From the NCBI GenBank assembly GCA_001829125.1, contig MIAN01000104.1, positions 1-56,627 of the forward strand: DNA of 56,627 nt, in the 5' to 3' direction. This document shows positions 27,828-34,064 of this stretch, piece after piece. Numbering within the stretch: position 1 is the stretch's first letter; the number at the start of each line of letters is the position of its first letter. The stretch comes from Spirochaetes bacterium GWB1_27_13. Lineage in GTDB: Bacteria; Spirochaetota; GWE2-31-10; MWDO01. The notes beneath the pieces are model-generated. The model was not told the DNA's origin. It worked only from the letters and a program-made list of their open reading frames with translations, and made no database searches. The position numbers were made by a program, and so were the translations under genes.

Positions 27828-28109
27828 ATGGATCCTAATAGAACTAAAGAGGTTATACCTCAAGGAAATAAAGAAAAATATGCAGAGGACAAGACTGGAA
27901 CAAAAAAAAGAAAAAAAGTTATAAGGTCAACTGCAGTAGAATTTTTAAAATGGGTTTATGAGGAATACAAATTAACACCACAAGTAGAAGATGAAATGAA
28001 ACAAAAATTTATGGACGAAACTGGCAAAAACCTGCCAAGGGAATATAGTTATAGCTGTGATGGTATTTGTCTGGATGTACCAACAGGGAAGGAGGACGAA
28101 CGCAGATGA
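27828..28109 (+). CDS. hypothetical early protein
   Basis: GGAG RBS before the ATG at 27828. ATGA overlap with the next gene. Confidence 0.45.
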   Translation: MDPNRTKEVIPQGNKEKYAEDKTGTKKRKKVIRSTAVEFLKWVYEEYKLTPQVEDEMKQKFMDETGKNLPREYSYSCDGICLDVPTGKEDERR

Positions 28110-28735
28110 CTGATAACAAAAAAAGAGAACTGTATAAAGACTATTTAATCAATAGAAATGGTGAAGTTATATTAAAACAATACATAAGCGAGAGAGATTG
28201 GGAAAAAAATATTGTTTTAAATGAAATATTCATAGAAGTAGATAAAATTGCAAAATATCTGAAAGACGCAAAAAGAGCAATAACAGATATGATTCTTGAT
28301 TATATGAATAAAGTTGGTTCAGATATAGATAAAAAATATACAAAAGAAGAGATAACAAACATCACAATAACAAGTTATGACTCAAACAGGCAGGTAGAAG
28401 TAACAACAGCATCTCTAAAAAGATTAAACGAAAAAATAAAAAACGCGGAAGTCCTTTTCAAAAAATGTATTGTTAAATGGGAAGAAAACAATGAAATCAA
28501 TGAAAAAGCAAAAACGATGATAAACTCTTTTTTTGGTCAAAGAATGACTGTCACAAAAGCATTATCTATCTGCCAACTAAAGTTTGTTGACGACGAATGG
28601 GCTGATGCTGTTGCCATATTAAAAGATGCTATTGATACAATAAATAGTAAAATGTACTATGTTTTTAAAGAAAGAAATAAAGTTGACAACAAATTTAGAG
28701 CAATAAACTTAAATTTCACTTCAATTGAAGTATAG
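28106..28735 (+). CDS. DUF3164-like Mu-family early protein
   Basis: GGAAGGAGGA RBS before the ATG at 28106. The C-terminal pattern ...DDEWADAVAILKDAIDTINSKMYYVFKERN...FRAINLNF matches my recollection of the DUF3164 family found in Mu-like early regions. Confidence 0.5.
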   Translation: MTDNKKRELYKDYLINRNGEVILKQYISERDWEKNIVLNEIFIEVDKIAKYLKDAKRAITDMILDYMNKVGSDIDKKYTKEEITNITITSYDSNRQVEVTTASLKRLNEKIKNAEVLFKKCIVKWEENNEINEKAKTMINSFFGQRMTVTKALSICQLKFVDDEWADAVAILKDAIDTINSKMYYVFKERNKVDNKFRAINLNFTSIEV

Positions 28736-28762
28736 AAATTTAAGACAATGGAGGGTAACTAT

Positions 28763-29131
28763 ATGAAAAAAGAAACAGAACAAGTATTTGATTGGGAAAT
28801 TGCAAAAATAACTGGAGAAGTTGACAAAAGAAACTATTATGATTGTGATATTAAAGAAATTGAAGATGCAACTATTAGTTCAACTGGATTTATGAACTCG
28901 AAATTTTTGGGAAACATTAAACATACAAACTTCAAAAATACACCAATAATTGATTGTGACTTATCAATTACAGAATTTATTGAAAACCATTTTGAAAATG
29001 TGACAATAACCAATTGTAATACAACTGGAACTAAATTTATAAAATGTACTGGCACTATCTTGTTTGCTGATTGTACAGAAATACCATTAGACCAAGAGAC
29101 TGATGACTTTTTAGTGTTAGAATCAGAATAA
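28763..29131 (+). CDS. pentapeptide-repeat (beta-helix) protein with an acidic tail
   Basis: GGAGGG RBS. Hydrophobic residue every 5th position over at least 6 consecutive repeats (F,I,L,F,F,I) with small residues at i-2. Ends ...DQETDDFLVLESE. Confidence 0.55.
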   Translation: MKKETEQVFDWEIAKITGEVDKRNYYDCDIKEIEDATISSTGFMNSKFLGNIKHTNFKNTPIIDCDLSITEFIENHFENVTITNCNTTGTKFIKCTGTILFADCTEIPLDQETDDFLVLESE

Positions 29132-29203
29132 ATACGAAACACCGCTTTTATCAAAAAAGCGAGTGTCTTGCAGGTTGGTAACTGCAACTGATGAGTTAGC
29201 CAA
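29131..29203 (+). ncRNA. type II hammerhead self-cleaving ribozyme, copy A
   Basis: C-GAAA 29135-29138. 11-bp stem III (one bulged A) closing with A:U. GUC with C17 at 29167. Stem I UUGCAG/CUGCAA with loop GUUGGUAA. CUGAUGA 29188-29194. The 3' GCCAA is complementary to the loop UUGGU. Confidence 0.8.
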
Positions 29204-29222
29204 AAATAAAAAGGGGGGAAAA

Positions 29223-29765
29223 ATGGGATACATTCCAGACTGTGAATTCAAACGATGTAAAAGAATTGATTTTCTCATCGAAAAGATAAAGTTCTATATT
29301 CAAACGATGAGATATTATCGTGAAAAAGCGAAAAATTTAGAAAAATATGTAAAAACGAATGGAAAAGACTTGCAATCCGAAAAGATTGACGAAAGTAAAG
29401 CGAAAACAATTGAAGCAATGAGACAAGAAATTATTGTTTTAGATTATGTATTAGAAATTTTAATGGCTTCGCGAGAAGGACTCAAAGATTTAGTTTTAGA
29501 TGTAACAGAAAAAGATGTGGCATTAAGATTAATAAAAAGCGAAGGAGTTGAAAAAATATTAAAATCAGCGATATGTTCTTTGAAGCAAGGCATTGAAAAA
29601 ATTTGTGAAAAAATTCAATACTATAATAAAGAAGAAAAGAACGTTATTACTGACATTGAAATATTTTTAAATGATTTAACAAACAATATTTACAAAGATG
29701 TCCTTTCAAAGATAAAATACAATTTATTGTCAACAGAAAAAGAGACAACAATATATTTATTGTGA
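29223..29765 (+). CDS. hypothetical coiled-coil early protein, flanked by the two hammerheads
   Basis: GGGGGG RBS before the ATG at 29223. The ORF-track start at 29163 lies inside the ribozyme. Confidence 0.55.
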   Translation: MGYIPDCEFKRCKRIDFLIEKIKFYIQTMRYYREKAKNLEKYVKTNGKDLQSEKIDESKAKTIEAMRQEIIVLDYVLEILMASREGLKDLVLDVTEKDVALRLIKSEGVEKILKSAICSLKQGIEKICEKIQYYNKEEKNVITDIEIFLNDLTNNIYKDVLSKIKYNLLSTEKETTIYLL

Positions 29766-29783
29766 TGTTTTAATTCTCAGTAA

Positions 29784-29856
29784 ATAACGAAACACCGCTT
29801 TTCTAAAAAAAGTGGTGTCTTGCAGGTTGGTAACTGCAACTGATGAAGTTAGCCAA
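29784..29856 (+). ncRNA. type II hammerhead self-cleaving ribozyme, copy B
   Basis: C-GAAA 29788-29791. 11-bp stem III with one G:U. GUC with C17 at 29819. Same stem I as copy A. CUGAUGA 29840-29846. Stem II GUUA:UAAC. 3' GCCAA pseudoknot partner. Confidence 0.8.
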
Positions 29857-29869
29857 AAGGAGAAAAACA

Positions 29870-30251
29870 ATGCTATTAGTGAAAACTAAGTTAAAATCAA
29901 GTAAAATAGACGGTATAGGACTATTTGCCAATGAATTTATAAAAAAAGGCACAATAATTTGGAAATATCACCCATTATTTGAAAAAATAATCACAACAGA
30001 AGAGATTGAAGCATTAGAAAAAACTCCAAAAAAAAACAATACTTCATTATGCTTACAAATCAGAAGAAAACAAATACATTTTGTGTTGTGACGATGCAAG
30101 ATTTATGAATCATTTAGATAATCCAAACGTCGACGAAATAATAGAAAACTACGAAGTTTATAATATTGCCAATAGAGATATAGAAATTGGAGAAGAAATA
30201 ACCTGCAATTACAAAACTTTTGACTTAGATTTTAATAAGAAAATATTGTAG
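29870..30251 (+). pseudogene. SET-domain protein gene split by a frameshift in an A9 tract
   Basis: AAGGAG RBS. The N-terminal half carries IDGIGLFANEFIKKG. The downstream frame carries DDARFMNHLDNPN and IEIGEEITCNY. The frames join if the A9 run (30028-30036) is read as A8, giving about 126 aa. Confidence 0.7.
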
Positions 30252-30278
30252 TGTACTTTTTTTATCAAAGGAATAATT

Positions 30279-30926
30279 ATGACACAAATAGAAAAAATAA
30301 AAAAAGAATGTCTTTTAATAATTGGAGAAGAACATGCTGTTTTCTTCTGCTTGATAGATTTCTTTTTAGACAAACTTCTAATGAATCATGACGAAGACTT
30401 TCTTATTGCCGAAATAAAAAAGAATAATTGCAAAAACTTTTGCGATATTAAAAAAGTACTTGAAAGAATTTGTTTTTTAGACAAAAAAAAAGACAATTCG
30501 TCACTTTTAGATGAAAATATAAACGTAGATGAAGTTTTTAAAAAAATTAACGAAATAGAATTTGATAGTTCTAAAAATGAGCAATTAAAAAAAAGTGATG
30601 ATAGTTGTCATATCACAGAAGAAAAACAAAACGACAATATTGAGACCAAGTGGAAAGAAATTTATAAATCAATTGGACTCAAAGGAAACTTCTCTCCGTT
30701 AAGTGCAGAGCCAACACCAGAATTAATTAACAAAATAAGTTTAAACAAAGACAAAATAAAAACTTCTTTTGATCTTTTAATATTATCTTTAGGTGGAGAA
30801 ATCAAAGAAAAAAAAACAGAACAACCAACACATGTATATATACCAAAATTTAACAAGGAAAAAAAAGAAATAAAACAGAAAGTAGATGAAAATATTTTCT
30901 ATGCGAAAACGAGTTTATTTGAGTGA
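30279..30926 (+). CDS. hypothetical early protein
   Basis: 215-aa ORF with an AAAGGA RBS. No motif recognised. Confidence 0.5.
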   Translation: MTQIEKIKKECLLIIGEEHAVFFCLIDFFLDKLLMNHDEDFLIAEIKKNNCKNFCDIKKVLERICFLDKKKDNSSLLDENINVDEVFKKINEIEFDSSKNEQLKKSDDSCHITEEKQNDNIETKWKEIYKSIGLKGNFSPLSAEPTPELINKISLNKDKIKTSFDLLILSLGGEIKEKKTEQPTHVYIPKFNKEKKEIKQKVDENIFYAKTSLFE

Positions 30927-30937
30927 GGATAAAAAAA

Positions 30938-31219
30938 ATGAATAAAAAGGAAAAAATATCTAAAAGCGTACAAAAATTAAGAAACGAGATAAAATTAGCA
31001 GAAGCAAGGGCTATTGCCAAACAAAGAAGAACGAATTTAAATAAAGTTTTAGAAAAAGATAAATTTGAAACACATGGCGACATTTATGATTTTTTTATGG
31101 GCTTGACTTCAAAACAAAAACAACATTTAGCATTTTGCTATTTATACAGCGAAGCAAATTTTGGTTCACCAAAAGAACTTTACGAAAGATTTAAAGACAA
31201 TAAAAAGGTAAAAAAATGA
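30938..31219 (+). CDS. hypothetical basic early protein
   Basis: GAGG RBS before the ATG at 30938. ATGA overlap with the methyltransferase gene. Confidence 0.45.
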   Translation: MNKKEKISKSVQKLRNEIKLAEARAIAKQRRTNLNKVLEKDKFETHGDIYDFFMGLTSKQKQHLAFCYLYSEANFGSPKELYERFKDNKKVKK

Positions 31220-32043
31220 GCGATGAAAGATACTTATTTGAAAGAGAATATGAACTTATTCCTTTTCAAGAAGAAGATTTAGGATTAAAAAAGAAAAAAG
31301 GTGTTCTCTCGATGGGAAAAAATAATTATTACGAAAAACCTAAAGAGACAACAATTTCCACACCGCTTGGTATCAGTAAATATATTTTTGATACAATTCA
31401 TAACTATTTTAGATTTTCTAACAATCTAAAGTATGTACTTGATGTTGGTTGTGGACGAGGAAATTTGACATATTTTTTTAATAAAAATGCAAACTATTTT
31501 TGTATTGGGATTGATAAAACTAAAATTTTTTTGGAAGACAATGCCAATGTATCTATCAAACAAGAAATAGATTTTTTGACAACAACAACAAAAAATGAAA
31601 GTATAGATATAATACTATGCAATCCACCTTGGAACAACCCAAAAAATTTAGAAAACAATAAAAACTTACCAGAAAACATAGAATTATCAGAAGAAACAAT
31701 GAATAAATATAGTAAAAAATTTGAAATGTATAACTCTACTCTCTATCCATACATATTCTTGAGACATATCTTTGAAATTTACGGATATAGACGACCTGTT
31801 GTATTATTAAGCCCGTTTGGGTTTCTGTATAATAACGATGTCAATTCACATCGTTATGAATGGATTAGAGATAATGGAGCAAAAATTACAAACATCACTA
31901 TTTTACCAAAAAATATTTTTAAACAAGTTAAATACCCTGCACAAATTCTATTTTTTAATATTTTTGGTCTCGAACCTGTTACTTTTTTAGAAGAAAAATA
32001 TATTAATCCAACACTTTTTGACTTGGAGGGATTCAATGCTTGA
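31216..32043 (+). CDS. N6-adenine DNA methyltransferase (orphan)
   Basis: SAM motif VLDVGCGRGNL followed by the catalytic NPPW (CNPPWNNP). No restriction gene nearby. Confidence 0.75.
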   Translation: MSDERYLFEREYELIPFQEEDLGLKKKKGVLSMGKNNYYEKPKETTISTPLGISKYIFDTIHNYFRFSNNLKYVLDVGCGRGNLTYFFNKNANYFCIGIDKTKIFLEDNANVSIKQEIDFLTTTTKNESIDIILCNPPWNNPKNLENNKNLPENIELSEETMNKYSKKFEMYNSTLYPYIFLRHIFEIYGYRRPVVLLSPFGFLYNNDVNSHRYEWIRDNGAKITNITILPKNIFKQVKYPAQILFFNIFGLEPVTFLEEKYINPTLFDLEGFNA

Positions 32044-32239
32044 GAAGATCATCATTGTATATATTACAGGTGCGTTAGTTTCATTTGTTTATTTTGCTAC
32101 AATGGAAAAGAGCATATTAAATGAAGAATATACAAATGAACACGATGGAATAGAAGCTTTTCTATATATAATTTGTAGCGTGTTCTGGTTTGTTTTTTGG
32201 GTTTACGGAATTATGAATTTATTCAAAAAATATAAATAA
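32036..32239 (+). CDS. small membrane protein
   Basis: GGAGGG RBS before the ATG at 32036. Two hydrophobic helices. Confidence 0.45.
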   Translation: MLEKIIIVYITGALVSFVYFATMEKSILNEEYTNEHDGIEAFLYIICSVFWFVFWVYGIMNLFKKYK

Positions 32240-32240
32240 G

Positions 32241-32262
32241 TTTTTGATTGAGATGCAATAAA
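32241..32262. repeat. left arm of a 22-bp perfect inverted repeat
   Basis: TTTTTGATTGAGATGCAATAAA. Its exact reverse complement lies at 32532-32553. Confidence 0.9.
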
Positions 32263-32280
32263 AAGAATGGAGAAAAAAAA

Positions 32281-32520
32281 ATGTGGAATAAGATACCTCT
32301 AATAGGTTGGCTATTAGATTTCATTTTTAAAGTATCATTAGCAGTTCCTTTTTGGTTCTGCTGGAAAGTTTGTAGATTAGGACAAAAGTTTTTTGGATTT
32401 CTCCCAACGCAATATCAAAATATTGGTTTTTGGGAGACTGTTGGATTATTTATAATAACAGGAATAATTTTTAGCTTCGTTAAAATTATGCAAGTTAGTA
32501 ACACAACAAACATAAAATAA
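32281..32520 (+). CDS. small membrane protein enclosed by the inverted repeat
   Basis: GGAG RBS before the ATG at 32281. MWNKIPLIGWLLDFIFKVSLAVPFWFCWKV... has 2 TM helices. Confidence 0.5.
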   Translation: MWNKIPLIGWLLDFIFKVSLAVPFWFCWKVCRLGQKFFGFLPTQYQNIGFWETVGLFIITGIIFSFVKIMQVSNTTNIK

Positions 32521-32531
32521 GAAATAATAAA

Positions 32532-32553
32532 TTTATTGCATCTCAATCAAAAA
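32532..32553. repeat. right arm of the 22-bp perfect inverted repeat
   Basis: TTTATTGCATCTCAATCAAAAA. Confidence 0.9.
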
Positions 32554-32573
32554 TTTAAGAAAAGAGGCGTACT

Positions 32574-32786
32574 ATGACTCAAAGACAATATGAAAATTGG
32601 TGGTTAAACAAAAAATGCCATGTTGTTGGTTCAACAGAGAAAAAATACAAAAAAGTAATAAAAATAGAAGTTATTAAAAATAAAAATCACAATTTTGTCG
32701 TACTACACTATGAAGACAAAACTACTGAGCACGTTGGGAATGAAAATAGACTCCCCACTAAGTGGGAAGTAGAAGTACAAAAATAA
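32574..32786 (+). CDS. hypothetical early protein
   Basis: 70 aa with an AGAGG RBS. Confidence 0.45.
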   Translation: MTQRQYENWWLNKKCHVVGSTEKKYKKVIKIEVIKNKNHNFVVLHYEDKTTEHVGNENRLPTKWEVEVQK

Positions 32787-32806
32787 ACGTTGTTGATAAA
32801 TAATTT

Positions 32807-33139
32807 ATGATAAATAAAAAACAAATTGCATATATACATATATTAAAAAACAATCTCGCGATTTCAGAGAAAAAATACAGAGAAATTCTGCAATTTTTTC
32901 TTGTCAACACATCAAAAGACTTACCAGAAGAACAATATACTTTTTTTATTTCAAAAATGAAAGAACTTTCTGCTACAACAAAACAACTCAACACAATTCA
33001 CTTTTTAGCAAAAAACATTGTAACAAATCTTAAATCTTATTGCGAACACATCACACAAAGAAAAATACTAAATCTAAGTTTTTTACGAAAGGAGGAAGCA
33101 AGCCTCATCATTACTTCACTACAAAAATATAAAAAATAA
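32807..33139 (+). CDS. GemA/Mu gp16-like protein (DUF1018-like)
   Basis: N-terminal pattern KQIAYIHILKNNLAISEKKYREIL...TSKDLPEEQY matches the remembered gp16/GemA family pattern. Confidence 0.55.
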   Translation: MINKKQIAYIHILKNNLAISEKKYREILQFFLVNTSKDLPEEQYTFFISKMKELSATTKQLNTIHFLAKNIVTNLKSYCEHITQRKILNLSFLRKEEASLIITSLQKYKK

Positions 33140-33147
33140 AAACACTT

Positions 33148-33165
33148 TTTCGCATATTTTGACAC
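33148..33165 (+). promoter_or_regulatory. 18-nt motif TTTCGCATATTTTGACAC, copy 1 (candidate activator-dependent promoter element)
   Basis: An identical 18-mer recurs at 39831-39848. Both copies lie in gaps that start late operons. Confidence 0.35.
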
Positions 33166-33198
33166 TTTTTTTCTCATTGAGAATGGTAGTATTTGCGT

Positions 33199-33396
33199 AT
33201 GAAAAAAACAAATATTTTAAAATTTTTAACAAACGAAGAAAAAGACATTTTGAGAGAACTTTTTCTTCGCAAAAGAATATACATTCCAGAAGACACATGC
33301 AAAGCATTTGAAAAATATCAAATTACAAAAAAAGACGCTAAGGTTTTTTTGCAGGAGTTAGAAAGTGAATCGAAGTCAAAGAGTCAAAATAAGTGA
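33199..33396 (+). CDS. hypothetical small protein
   Basis: ATG at 33199, inside ORF 33193-33396. Confidence 0.4.
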   Translation: MKKTNILKFLTNEEKDILRELFLRKRIYIPEDTCKAFEKYQITKKDAKVFLQELESESKSKSQNK

Positions 33397-33607
33397 CATC
33401 GCACCTTATTTATCAAAAAAATCATTATTTCTAATTCTTTTTTATTGTGCAGGGACATCAATATATGTCCCTGCACAATCCAAAAAGGAACGAAACGAAA
33501 GAATATTGAACGAGTATCGAGAAAACACATCTTTGACAATCGGAAAAATATCTGATAAATATAATTTATCAAAATCACAGATATATAGAATAATAAATGG
33601 AAAATAA
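33365..33607 (+). CDS. Mor/C-family transcriptional activator
   Basis: AGTSIYVP...RNERILNEY...LTIGKISDKYNLSKSQIYRIING matches the Mor/C pattern (GG..YIP, then a C-terminal HTH). Confidence 0.75.
   Translation: MNRSQRVKISDIAPYLSKKSLFLILFYCAGTSIYVPAQSKKERNERILNEYRENTSLTIGKISDKYNLSKSQIYRIINGK
33444..33479. repeat. perfect palindrome with 15-bp arms inside the Mor-like gene
   Basis: ATTGTGCAGGGACAT-CAATAT-ATGTCCCTGCACAAT. Confidence 0.9.
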
Positions 33608-34064
33608 CAAATTTGACTTATATTACAATGAAAGCAGAGAACTCTATGTTGTACATGGCAAAACACTGAGAGAAATATCAAAAATTTTCAATGTGAGCGA
33701 AAGAACTTTGTCTTCGTGGAAAAACAATGAGAAAAACTATGATATTGCTACTTGGGAAGAACAAAGAAAAAAGTTTTTAATTAGTAAAAATGGGTCAATT
33801 GATGTAGTCAAAAACTCAATATCTGCATTTCTTGAAAATTTAGTGATAGACCCCTTGGCAATAGATAAAGAGACTTATAACAAAATAAATTTATTGACAA
33901 AATTATTAGACAAATTTGAAAAAAGAGAAGATATTTTTGCTAGTACTATTTCAGTGATGGAATACTTTACGCGATTCATAAAAGAAAAATATCCAGATGA
34001 AGCAGAAACATATTTACCTGTTGTAAGAGAGTTTTTTGGTTGGATGGAACAATGGCGAAAGTAA
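33597..34064 (+). CDS. terminase small subunit (DUF1804-like)
   Basis: N-terminal HTH GKTLREISKIFNVSERTLSSWKNNEKNYDIATWEEQRKK. Immediately upstream of the large terminase. Confidence 0.6.
   Translation: MENNKFDLYYNESRELYVVHGKTLREISKIFNVSERTLSSWKNNEKNYDIATWEEQRKKFLISKNGSIDVVKNSISAFLENLVIDPLAIDKETYNKINLLTKLLDKFEKREDIFASTISVMEYFTRFIKEKYPDEAETYLPVVREFFGWMEQWRK

Noticed and set aside
27706-27924. 72-aa very basic ORF coupled by TAATG to the previous gene.
   Set aside because: It overlaps the better-supported 27828-28109 ORF (GGAG RBS) by about 100 nt in another frame. I cannot decide without conservation data, so it is left uncalled.
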